From: Chrysomallon squamiferum
Lineage: Eukaryota; Animalia; Mollusca
DNA length: 64,000 nucleotides
NCBI GenBank assembly: GCA_012295275.1
Contig: CM022671.1
Coordinates: forward strand, 3,224,001-3,288,000
Direction: 5' to 3'
Both the position numbers and the translations under genes were made by a program. Below, piece after piece: positions 14,978-27,585 of the stretch (its first letter is position 1; every line of letters starts with the position of its first letter). The notes under the pieces are model-generated. The model worked only from the letters and a program-made list of their open reading frames with translations. It was not told where the DNA came from and did not search any database.

Positions 14978-16348
14978 TACAGACCGAACCTTAGAGAGAC
15001 TAAAATGGCTTTTAAAATAAATGTAAAATAATTTATGATTTAACAAATAGGTTTGACTTTTATATTGTAGTAATTAAAATGCAATTAAATTGTAGAAAAC
15101 TAATTCATGTTGGTGTTTTATTATTATTGACAAAGAGTTCATCAGAATAAACAAACACACACATGCATATTTAGAATATATAGGTTCACTAAATACTAAT
15201 CAGTCAGTATTCCATAAGATATTTCAGCTATCTTCTCTCATATAAGATTACAATACTCCTATATGAATACAGTAAACATATATTCCATTCACTTACTTTT
15301 GTACAGGATAGTTGAAGACACAGAAATACAAGGCTTCTTTATAATAATGACTTCTTACATGGAATGGTTTGCTGAGAAGGAGAAGATATTTCAAAGTTTG
15401 ATTGACAAATATCCTACCATTGTCAAAAGAGAGGGAGATCTGAAGAATGTACTTAAAATACAAAATGAAGGAAAATGCAGGTTTGCAGTGTTTTTGCTGA
15501 AGTAATGTTATTAATTTATTTATTTTTATATATATATATTTTTTTTTTTCTTTCAGTCTGTCTGTCTTAAACAAAATTATAAATTTCTGTTGTTTCCAAC
15601 CTTGTATTCTCCAGCAGTTGCAGAAATATGGTAAATTTGAATTAAAGAAATACATTCAGATTATATAATCTGTGTTTTGGATTAACAAACGTGTTTATTT
15701 TTGTGTATAAAACAGTCTCATCTTAATATTACATTTCTTTTCAGTCCAGCATTCATTTTAACATGGGGTGTGAAGATCAGTTCCTGTTTCACAGTTGAAA
15801 GAAATGTCACTTTGACTGTTAAAGCCACCGATCAAAGTAAGTTTATAAATTATTATATCCTAAATTGGTCAAATTTCTATTACTAGATAAATTAAAAAAT
15901 TAAAAAAAAAAAAAAATGTTTTTGTTTTTTTTGTTATTTTAGTTTATACACCCAGTTGGTTTTCAGATTGAAAAAAATATGTTCTAATTTTAAGATCATT
16001 ATTTGAATTTTATCACTGTATTTCAGTTAGCCAATTAAATATGAATGTGAGAAAATATTATCTATTGTGTTTAGAAAATAAAGTATGTGAAATGTTAGTG
16101 TGTTAATAGGAATATCAGAATATACACTGATATGTAGTGTGTTAATAGGAATATCAGAATATACACTGATATGTAGTGTGTTAATAGGAATATCAGAAAA
16201 TGTACTGATATGTTGTGTGTTTTCAGTGATAGAGCTGGATAAAGACAAGACTCTGGCCTCTGCTCCTGACATGTTTGATTTGATGGTGACTAAACTTGGA
16301 ATTGAAAAAGCTGTACGAAACTTGGTGCTGCTTGTCCTTGGTTTTTGA
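12287..16348 (+). CDS. CENPP: Centromere protein P
   Basis: Approximate exons: 12287-12441, 12769-12850, 13530-13595, 14194-14282, 14746-14834, 15308-15480, 15745-15836, 16227-16348, with consistent phases. N-terminal coiled coil, then LMAEITG, RQHTVEGSLYTTPFILQFTV, FFIIMTSYMEWFAEKEKIFQSLIDKYP and C-terminal ELDKDKTLASAPDMFDLMVTKLGIEKAVRNLV. These resemble CENP-P (EWFEYRKRTFKHLKEKYP; LELDKNRAIETAPLSFRTLVGLLGIEAALESL, from memory). Confidence 0.88.
13782..14090. repeat. Two-copy tandem duplication, period about 159 bp, in a CENPP intron
   Basis: gaagaaacttaca(g/a)tcatcacaaatagtctatttttactgattaccaagtagtggtcttgttcatgcac... starts at 13782 and again at 13941. Confidence 0.95.
16097..16220. repeat. 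39-bp minisatellite, three copies, next to the last CENPP acceptor
   Basis: gtgttaataggaatatcagaatatacactgatatgtagt repeated three times. Confidence 0.95.
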
Positions 16349-17614
16349 CTCTGTTTGATTTTCTGTTAAACGAGTATAATAATTTTATTTAATCCATAAA
16401 ACAGAACCACATTTGTCACAAAAAACCAACAATCTCATGGTTTAGACATATAAATTAACAGTTGTTGGAGAAGCTAGTATAAGAAAAAGCTATTCTGTTT
16501 GAAATAAGCATATTAATCCCACTATATGTCATTGCAGCAGCTGAACTTGAACATCTGCTTCTCCTTGCACATCCAGTGCAAAAAATAGCTGCTACTCTAG
16601 AATAAATTTCACATACAAATTGTATATCATAAAATAATAATTACTTAATAATGTATTATAAAGTGTTTCAAATCACAAGAGAAATACAATCTGACTTGGT
16701 AGTTCAGTTTGAAAAGAACTGAAAGTGTTCATGATGCAAACTGTTCAAGTATTTAGTGCATAACTCTAAAAAGCTTACCCTTATGCAGTTGGTAGGTTTA
16801 AGAATTATGCAAACAAAATTTGTGAAACCAGTGACAAGAAAATTAATATAGTAAAATGTGTTTTAATGTAAAGTGACTTACCTGTTATGGAAATTTCCAA
16901 GTGTTAGTGGAACATTTCATCCCCATGTGTTTAAATATTCAGTGGCTCAAGAGGAGTTTGAGCTCTGACATCAAGAGATGTGTACAGGTGATAAACAACA
17001 GATGACACTAAATTCTGCAACAAATATGTGTAAAAGACATTATTTGAGACAAAGCAATAACTGATCACAGGTGCTTAAGATGATGGTATCAAGATCTACA
17101 GGGAATGCAAATTCAGTATCACTACAGAAGAGGAAAATGTACAAATCCAGACTCAAACACTAAAAACTGTTTTAATTCAAGTTTTAATCACTAGTTGAAA
17201 AGAAATAACTTCATTAGCTGTGTTAATATTTTTTGTTCTTGAGATTATAAAGAAAAAATGTTCCTGTTTTGTATTCAAAATATGAAGTTTTTGAAAAATG
17301 TATTGAGTATTTTTTATAATGTCAATGACTTCAAACTCACTGTAGCCTACTACACTTATTTAATATGCAAATATATATTACTGTTTTGATTGGTGGACTA
17401 TCAGGACAATCAGCTCATCGTTTGTAGAATTAACACAGAACACTGACCATGAGTGATTCATCAGTAATACAGTTTAAAACTAATAAAAGCAGACAGAATG
17501 TAAATAATATATACAATACCAATAACAGAATTCGATTTCCTAATTATATACCCTTATAAACTTAGACGTTATTTATAAGAATAAAATAATATTATTTGTT
17601 TGTATCTAAAATTA

Positions 17615-17837
17615 CACTTAAACCTCTTTATAACGCACCTTGTGTATCGTCAAAAGCATGCTTGAACACCGATCGTTTGTATCTAAAGATACATATAAAT
17701 TTGCCTCGTTTAACCGCCGTTTGCTGTCCATAATGGACCAACATTTCGGGCGACAGGCACACTACTTCATAATGTCAGAAAACTCCAAATATAAATCACT
17801 TACTCTCGAATGTTGGCGTTATAAAGTGGCTTGACTG
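17615..17837. mobile_element. pogo/Tigger-type non-autonomous MITE (~223 bp)
   Basis: Imperfect TIRs: 5' ta|cacttaaacctctttataacgc and 3' gcgttataaagtggcttgactg|ta. TA on both sides and a GC-richer interior than the flanks. Confidence 0.75.
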
Positions 17838-19199
17838 TACTTTAAATGACCATTGCTATTGCAAAATTATAGATTACGTTTTTGTTTTGTTTTTGGGGTG
17901 GGTTTTTTTAATGAGATCGTTTTGTCTGTCATTGATAACCGTGTTTGGTTGTCTGATTTAAAAACATAAACAATAAAAAAAAAACATCTAAATAAATTTG
18001 CCTTATAGCTTATTACATGGAGAACGAAAAAAAAAAAATATATATATATAATAATAATAATAATACAAAAAATTAGATTCCATTAAAAATTCTAAAAAGT
18101 GATGATAAAAAAGTTTAAGATAGGATTTTTTACATTATTTTATTGGGTTAGAGTTCAGATTTTTACTGCGTAAAAAATAGCACGTTTTCCTGGATTGTCC
18201 ATTATTCAATTATAGCTCCAAATCATGTCTATTACGTAACAGTTTGTATCCTGTATATCGAACGTTATTAAAAGCTATATGGATATAAAACAAAATGCAT
18301 TCAGTGTTTACATGATCTCTTCACTGTTGAAAATTGATTTTCATATGAAAAGCCACTGCATTAACAGCTTGTTCATTACTGCTGTCAAGAGATAATTAAG
18401 TATCTTCATTATAACGAGTTGTATTTCATTTAATATGGATGTAACAGATTTATTAACAAGAAGATACATTACAGATACAACATAGTTTCGGTGTATGTTT
18501 GTATGATTTATTGTTTACAGAGACCCAGTCAATTGCTTACACTGGTCGGCTTAACAGAATAAACGGTATTAAAGAAAATAATAAAATAAATATGCAATAA
18601 ATTGGTATGTTGTAACTGACCCTAATTCCCAGTGATGCTTCCCAATATATTTATTGAAAACCTTTGACAGCCTTTGACAAAAATAGTTGTACTGAGGTTA
18701 ATGAATGCGCGAAAATTATTGTACATTATCTTTAAGTTGATTACACACTGAAAAAGCTCTGTAATTCTAAGTACATAGTAAATAAATAAAAAAATCAAGG
18801 ATATGCATTGCAGTTTACGTAAATAAATAAAAAATACTGCTTAACGACACAAGACAATTTTAATACTAATATTAATAGTAGTGTAATTAGAGTCAAATTT
18901 ATGTTTATTTGGATATATAATGTATCTCTGTGTGTGTGTGTGTCTGTTATTATACACTACGTTTTTTTTTTTATGATTTGTAAAGCAATACCACCACTGA
19001 TCACATGATAAATTTTAAAAAGAAGAAGAAAAGTATACAAAAACAAACAACGATAGACAATACTTAGCCTATTTGAAAGGCTAACTTTGATAACTTGATA
19101 ATCCGTAAAAAAAAAAAAAAATATATATATATGTAATAATATGTTAATTGTTTTTTTTTTTAAAGATAGAAATGTTTTTAATTTCTATTTTGCCAGTAC

Positions 19200-19206
19200 A
19201 CCTTTC

Positions 19207-19239
<33 letters not shown>

Positions 19240-19719
19240 CATCATCATTGGTAGTAGGTATTGCAATAACAGAAAAGTAGTAAATTATAGGTGTTATAGT
19301 ACAAGCAATATTTATTTTATTGTCGTCATCCTCCACTCATCATCATCATCATCGTCATCATTATTATTTGTAGTAGTATTAGTATTATACGCAGAGTTGG
19401 CATATGCGTCGTTTTGATAAATTGTTACTTTGACAAATGTCATTTTATCGGTTTCATCATACAGTAACTGTCATTTAAATATACATATCGGCTGTAAAAT
19501 GTGAAATAAATTTTAAAGCGCATTATCCATGCGTGATAAGTACATGAACAGAGAAATACTCACGAACATTTTTTTTTTAGGTCAATTTATGTATATATGT
19601 ATGTATGTTTCATTTCACTGATCTAGTGAATTACAGCTTTGGTGTTATTTTATTTCTTTCTCTATTTATTTTTGTTTTTTATTTGGGTTTTGGGGTTATT
19701 TTTATATTTATTTATTTAT

Positions 19720-19795
<76 letters not shown>

Positions 19796-19957
19796 TGTTA
19801 TTATTTGTGCATAGATGAAAGTAGTTCGCGCATAATATACATAAAAATATAAGGCAAATATGTCAAAAACGTCTGCCATTGTCACCAGTGTATATTTATA
19901 TTTATTTAACTATTCAGTATATAATAATAATAATAATAATAATTGTTATTATTATTA

Positions 19958-20028
<71 letters not shown>

Positions 20029-20115
20029 TAGATAGTGTAATAGGAAGTATTCTTTTTTTTTTCTTCTCTCTCTCTCTTTTTTTGGAGTCAAACATAATAA
20101 TTCAGAGTAAACCTG

Positions 20116-20149
<34 letters not shown>

Positions 20150-20150
20150 C
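19200..20150. repeat. Cluster of (ATT)n, (ATG)n and (ATC)n microsatellites in intergenic DNA
   Basis: Visible trinucleotide runs at about 19208, 19338, 19720-19790, 19922-20030 and 20120-20148. They explain the poly-I/M/Y/N ORFs. Confidence 0.95.
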
Positions 20151-21879
20151 TACTTATTTATTATAAATTAAAAACAACGATTCTTTTATATATAATTGTG
20201 TGGAAGAATTCCACACTGTCTTAAGAAACTAGCTTTGTCGTATGAAGGTAAGAATGGCGACCTTTCGACCTCTGATTTTTAAAGCCGATATCTTAAGACA
20301 GTAAACAGTTTTTTGGGTTGTTTTGTTTTTTAAATCCAGTTAAAAAATAAATAATTTAACTGTTTTATTTCTCGACTTCCTTCTCTCGAGATCAGTATAT
20401 TCATGTCAACCGATTTTGCTTTCGCCTACAAAAATTATACATCAAAACAAAATAGCGTTTTGGGGTTTTTAGGGTCTTTCCAGAATGGTCTTTTAAGGTC
20501 TATACCAACAATTAAACACTAAAGAAGTAAGTTTTAACAATACATACATGTACGCGTAAATGTAACGAGTAATTTATAAAAATACGAATAGTTTTGTTCC
20601 AAAAAACTGTATTCGTTTGATAGTTTTATTGACCGATAATATAGAAATTTATTTTGTCATAATATGTTGCCACTATTTATTGTGACTGCAGAATTAATAT
20701 ATATGCTTGTGAGTGTATGAAGGTATGTATGTAGGTAGGTATATTTGTATGTATGCATATTTATTTATATATTGCGTGCATGTGTGTGTGTGTGTGTTCT
20801 CATTGTAAGCAAATCAGTAACAGCCTTTGGGACGCATATCACGTGACACTGATTTGGAGGACAAATCCACCAATGGGCACAAAGAAAAGATTTTGATCTT
20901 TCGGCTACATACTCAGGTGCAGTTCCTAAATTCACAAGAACTGTGTTTAATTAATTAGATTTATAACATTTAATTTCATTAAATCGACAATTCCAGACCA
21001 TAGCATTTATTACACTTTTTAATTATGTTCTGTTCAGTATTTCCTATTATATGTTCAGACACATAAAATAATCTGTATGATGTCAAACCCGCTGTAGTAG
21101 CTCCACTGAATGTATACTAATTAATGTAAGAAGAAAACAAAATTCACGTATTTTCAAAGATAATCAAAGATCTTACATATATCGAACCACTGAGAAGACT
21201 GTCCTGGATCAGGAAACTGGTTGTATCATGGAGAACTGTTTAACGATCAATTGTGACCGAGTACGGAAATCGGAGTAAACAGTATTTTCAGAATCCACCC
21301 TGAGATGTTGTTTATCATTACTTGTGTGATTATTTTAGGTCTGTTTATCAGATAAAGAGATTACACAGAGGTTATGATTATGAAAGCATAATCTCAAATT
21401 TAGGCTGTTAATGCAATGTTACATTTTCATTTGATATTTACAATTTGAACTGATTTCATGATGCGTTAATTTCATTATTTACAGTTTATACATTAGGGTG
21501 TATCTTTGTTTTCACCACCCCTTGCCATTAACAAATCAGTTAATCGGTAAAATATGCTAAAAAATGTTAACCATTTCCTGAATGTTATTTTATTTTATTT
21601 TTTTTCCCCCAGTCTCTAGAATTCTTACCCCAGATATCGTCTATGTATCCTCTTTCGGAAAAAAAGCCCAGAAGGACACTTGGGCTACAGAACGTTCATA
21701 AAAAAAATGTTTTAATTAATATACATTATTATATACAAATACATATAATTTTATCATATATGTTTGTTAAATAACTGTGCGAATTTCTAATTTTACAATT
21801 TTAATTTTTTTTTTTTTTTTTTTTTTTTTCGTTATATTATTATTATTTACTCGTTATTTTTTAGATAATGTAATTTGAT

Positions 21880-22220
21880 GATTTACAGAGAGCGTTGCGA
21901 TTTGGCATTATGTTGGCCCATAGCGGAAAAGACCGAAATATAACGAAACTTGCAAATTCCAAAGAATGAAATGTGACCCCAACCTAAAATTAGCGCATGC
22001 GTACAAGAAAAGGTAATTTTGATGCCGGTGCTTGTGCAAAAATTTTGGTGTTTCTGGTTTATTAATTTTGAAAACTTTTCTCAGTAATTCAACATGTCTT
22101 AGATTCAATGGGCAAACTTTGTTCTACGAAGCATAATGGAGGTATCCCGAAAACGTGCGGAGTCTCCCACTTCGCTAAAATTAGGTGGAAAAATTCCCAA
22201 ATTGGATATCAACATGGCGA
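21880..22220 (+). promoter_or_regulatory. CpG-rich promoter/5' region of the modular TF gene
   Basis: NRF1-like GCGCATGCGT at ~21993 and YY1/Kozak-like AACATGGCG at 22211-22219, around the likely start codon at 22214. Confidence 0.5.
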
Positions 22221-22740
22221 CTGAAAACATTAAAAACACACTGGTGGATGTAGGGCAACAGTTTGATCGGTGGTGTGAATTGATGGTTATTATTGGTGCT
22301 ATAACGCATGAAGCATTTGCACTGGATTTGTTGAACTGGTATGAAAAGTAGTTTTGCATGATTGTTTTTTAGGTATTGATATTTATTTTTCAATCTGTCC
22401 ATTTCATCTGTTAGAAAATTTAGGTGATTCACTGATTGGTATGAAACAGTTTAATGTGCTAATAGTTAAATAGATTTACGGAATTGTCTCCCCTTGAAAT
22501 AGGTGGTGTAGAACGGAGACTTTCATGTTAAAGAATATGCATTACGAATGTAAATACTCTAAATCAATAAATGAACATGTAAGTTAATTCAACTTACTAT
22601 TTGTATATTAAAAGAATGTTTCTTTGCATAGGCGTTTCCATAATCATGTTAAAAAGTAAAGAACTGCATACAATTGTACAAATCTCAAATAAAATAGAAC
22701 ATTAATCTAAAATCTAATAAAATTGAATTTGTTTGTTTTC

Positions 22741-22773
<33 letters not shown>

Positions 22774-24725
22774 TACGTATTCAGTGGTTTCAAAAATTAA
22801 TTATTAAAAGATATTCATGATATTATGTAATATGCTGTCTGAAAAAAAAACAATCACTTTGTGAATTATACTGAAAGCAAAAAGTTTATGACAAAAGTTT
22901 AAGTACTGCTGAATTAATTGACTACTGAGTTGTGGTTATTAATAAATGAACAAAATATAAAACATGATTACACACTAGAAACAAATTTTGATTTCATATA
23001 CACACAGGACAAAAAAAAAAAAAAAATTAAATTAAAATGATTCAAGATGACGAGATAGGAATTCATTTACATTTCTTGTTTCTTTAAAGTTTAGTGATCT
23101 TTAAATTTTTAAACTTTTAACATTATACTTTTGCAACACATCCATATTTAACTATTAAGTATTGTTTGTATGTTGTTGTTTTGGGGGGTTTCATTTTTTT
23201 TTTTTTTTTCAAATTTAAATATTATATTACTATCATAGTACTATATACTCATGTATGTATAGCAGTATAGATTAATGCTATTATTAACAAGGACAAATAA
23301 TGCTGTCCCAGAATATGTAAACATAGATATTCACACTTGATCCTTTATAACATTTATAAGAAGAAAAAAGGAAAAGCATATTGAATTTTGAAAATACTTT
23401 ATTATATTATATAAAAAATAACAATCTAAAAGTAAATAAATACAAAATTATTTATTATTATTATTATTATTATTATATGTAATTAAAGAGAAATATATGA
23501 ATTTTAAAACAATTATTTAAGGTTTGAAAGATGTCCTAAGTTATCTGCAGCTAGACGGGAAAAGGGCATCCTTCCCCCTGATAAAACAGATGACTGTGAT
23601 ATTGGTGAAAATGTCCCTTGTGATAAATCTGATGTGCAGTCAGCAACTGAGCAACCTTCTAGTCATTCTGATCAAAGGCAAGCATATTTGAATCCATTTA
23701 GTATTTCATCAGATTATTAAAAGTTAACTGAATTGTCATAATATGTAATTTTAAACTTTAATGTTGTTATTCTGTTAGTTTAAAAAAAATATAAAAAAAA
23801 CAGACACCATTGTAATATTAAATTATATTTGTTTATAAAATGGGAGAAAAAGAATATTAATTTTATGTAGTTTTTATTCATATTCATATTGCAATTTAAT
23901 GATTTAGCATTATACTAAATATGAAACTAGTAGTTATGTATTAGTTTACTTCATAAAGATGTCAATATTTTAATATTGCAGGTCTGAAGAGCCTTATAAA
24001 ATAACTCTTAATGATTCTTGTTCATCATCACCAGTAACACCAGCATTTTCTCCATCTACATCACAAGATGTGCCAGCCACTGAGAAGGAGCCTACAGAAA
24101 ATGAAACTGAGGAAAAGGAGAAAAAAGATGACACTGATATGTCACATTCACAAAGGTACTTTTTATTATACCACTTTATGATAAATAAACTGTAATTGAC
24201 AAATGATTTCTGTTTACTGAACAAATACTATAGTTCAAATATTCTGATTCTTAATTCCATTACCATAGCATAGCAGCCATTGTCCCACATTTGTTTTGAC
24301 AAAGCTATGGTATAAATATACTTTCTTGTGATGTGAAAGGGCTTATAAAAGCTGTCTTGCTACTGTTAATTTGGTAATAAGTAACCGTTATGCAGATTAT
24401 TTTTTATTATATGTCACTTTTAAATTACACTTTAATCTCCTTTTTTTATTTATTTTTTTAGACAATTAATCATAGTCATCAAATACATAGCTTTATTTAA
24501 AAATTTCTTAACCTTCTGAATTTATATGGGTATTTCATTAAAATTATTTTGTTATTTACTAGCAGGTGAAAATTTTATTTGTTCATTGTATTCAGTTTTT
24601 ATTGTTGCATTTTTCAGTGCATTTCCTGTAATGGTGATGGCTGTACCTGGAGCAAACGAGGCAGTGACAGCAGATCCTAGCACAACTGTACAGTACACCA
24701 GTCAAAACAATCCTGATGGCAACAG
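22214..24725 (+). CDS. Shared N-terminal exons of an unnamed modular chromatin/TF gene (ZNF692/ZNF653-like N-terminal motif plus low-complexity linker)
   Basis: Exons 22214 (or 22136)-22338, 23522-23677, 23982-24155 and 24618-24725. All junctions are phase 2 and the internal exons are 156, 174 and 108 nt (multiples of 3), giving a continuous ORF MATENIKNTLVDVGQQFDRWCELMVIIGAITHEAFALDLLNWFERCPKL...NPDGN. There is no stop, so it must splice to a downstream exon. Confidence 0.8.
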
Positions 24726-27585
24726 GTAGGTGACATACACAGTAACAGTCCATTTATCATCATGTTGGTTCAGCAACTGATTCTGTAATGATTTATGTAA
24801 CGCTTATGTTAAGTATTTTATAGAGAATTTATTTGAGAAATAAACAAGTCACCTTTATTTATTGGTATTATTAGTTTTCCTTTTTTCATGACTTCAGAAT
24901 ATCTGATTATACATTGATATAATTCATAGAAGCATGTCAAAATTAGTGTCTTTCTAGCAGCATTTTCTGATGTTTTTAATTTATTTATTTAATATTTCTG
25001 TAATAAAAAGATTTACAGGTGTTATTCGTATGATCAGCTATAATGGTTTTAAAATGTGTTACATATACAATTCAGAAATGTATGTTCAGTGCATTTGAAA
25101 TGATCCATCTGTTAGCATCCAAATTCATGTATGTATTTTTTCTAGGGTGTCTTTAAATAATTTTTAGAAGTGGGCTGCAGTTTGTGTCTTTCACTTGTTT
25201 GGATTTATAAAGTTTTATAAAATAGATAAATATACTAAAACAATGAATATATTTATTCTTTGTTGCTTTTTCTTAATGTCAAATCCTTTAATACATGAGA
25301 CAGTTTATATTTCTTTTGATAAAAATTAAACTCACTGTCTGAAATTAATGTTTTATCTTGATAGATCAGTGTCAGAATATCATTACAAAATTTACGTTTG
25401 AAGATACATTTAAAAAAAAAAATGTTGATAAGTAATGCAATGTGTAATTCTTTTATTTAAACATTTTAACATCTTAATATATATTGTTAGTCCAATAAAT
25501 CTGTCTTAGAGTGTGTTACCTTACATCCTGAATGTTACTTTAAATATATAATCTTTTTAATACTTATTGGTGTAACAGTTTTTACTCAAAATATTTGTAA
25601 AAACGAAAAAAACAGGTTTAAAAACATCAGTGTTGAACAAAATAAATAGCAATGATAATGAAGAGTGTTGCTTTTTAGATGCAAGTCAGTATGTTTTACA
25701 TATTTTTCAGGAAGCTAAACTTTAAAAGTATTCTTTTAAGTTAAGCCATAAAATGAATTTAGTGTGAAAATACCATTTGATTTAACTGGTACATTGCCCT
25801 GTATTTTTTTTTTTTTTTTTTTTTTTGTTTCAGCCTGTTATTTATATACATAGTTGATTTTCAATCATTTTGTTGTTGCCATTATTCACATTTTACTATG
25901 GAACATCCCACATCCTTACCCATTTTATCATAGAGTTGATCAGATATGAATGCAGTATTTGTAATCTTTTTTGTTATATTTGTCATTTAAAAACTATATT
26001 AATTTTCTGGAATCTTCATTATGCTGATATAATTCTAAATTAGATTTTTAATCACTTCTGCTTTGTTTGAAAAATGTATTTATAAAACATGTCTTTATAA
26101 TGGATAACTAAGAATAAAAAATATTCAGTGATATTATGACTAGTTGAGAGATATGGTGTGAACAAGGTATATTAATAGTTTCATACAAAATGTCTGATAA
26201 TTTATGCTATTTAGATTTTGCTGTGGTGAACAATTGACAAAAAATAGATTTAAGCGTGAAAATATTTTTTAAAAACCTTACTTCAATAAAAAAAATAAAA
26301 TACAAAAATAAGAAATTCCAAAATTTTACTGAAAGGCTTCAACAAATGATTTTTATGTCACAATTAATTTTTTTTTTTTTTTCAAGAAAATATTAAAAAC
26401 AATAAATAACTTGCAAGACTTTTTATGCAGTTTTTGAATTTGAAAAAAATAATAATTAAAGAAGAACATTTTAAATTGGAAAATAATAGTAACTGAATAG
26501 AAGCCGTTATTTGAAGATGCTCTGAAGATGGAAGAAGTGCTTATCTCACATTGATTGATTTTTCAGAGTAAGTGAATCTTGTTTATTTTGTTTGTAACTG
26601 TCTTGGCTGTTCAGTTTAATGTCAGTGATAAAAGTTAAAAACAACAACAACAAAAAACCACCGTATTTAACACTTACCAAAATAAAAATACTAGTATATT
26701 TTAATCTACAATTCATCTTATGTTTATATATGTTTAAGAAGATATAAATAAAAATTGTGTGGTAGATGATGCATTAGATAGCTATAAGTGCTAATTTTCA
26801 ATAAATAAAATTGTATCTAAGCTGTTAAACCAAATAGGAAGCAAGTCAGAAAAAATGCATGTTATAATTTCATAAATAAAATTCTATTTTGTCATTTTAT
26901 TTCAGTTGCTTATTGTAGTACTATATTTTATTTTATTTTATTTTATTTTGATGTTAATTTGTATTTTATTTTTATAAAATTTTAATTTATATATTTTTTT
27001 TAAATATATAATTTGTGATTATTAATGAATTTAAAATAAAAAAAATATTGGTTTTCTTTTTATGTTATTTTTATTGAGCAACATCTGTTTCTGAAGTTTT
27101 CAATATCATGAGTACAGATTCACAGCTGGTTAATATTTGAAGTCATAATATTTGCATTAGTGATTCTTCCAATGATAGGAAAATGTATAGTGTGTTAGAT
27201 ATAATAATGTTGTGCAAATAAAGATATATTACTAATAATACTTACTCAGTTATGAAAACATTTTGACTGAATTAAAGACTTCACTTATTTACACACACAC
27301 ACACAAACACACAGACAGTAATCAATACAATTTAGAAAATTAACTCTTTTGGCGAAAGTACTTGGTATTGAATCAAGTAGGATCTGCATATTTGCTAAAA
27401 AAAAAAATCATGAATTTAAATTTTATTTCACACCATATCTCAGAAATAGTTACATTTATAAATACTGCAGAAGTATCTTGCAATTTTATGGGTTGTTTTT
27501 TGTATCATATACATAAACAGGTTTATTAAAATAGATATTTTCTGTGTTGTATTGGTAATAAGTGCAATCAATACTTGTGTTGCAG

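Noticed and set aside
15556-15630. Possible extra CENPP exon (ttcag|...atatg|gtaaat)
   Set aside because: It breaks the frame, and exons 15480->15745 join in frame with good CENP-P collinearity without it.
19148-20171. ORFs rich in I, M, Y and N
   Set aside because: They are translations of trinucleotide microsatellites.
20820-21700. CpG-richer blocks with exon-like boundaries upstream of the modular gene (E-box TCACGTGAC, CCAAT)
   Set aside because: I could not assemble a stop-free or recognisable ORF on either strand. They may be UTR exons, an enhancer or a lncRNA, but the sequence alone does not support a call.
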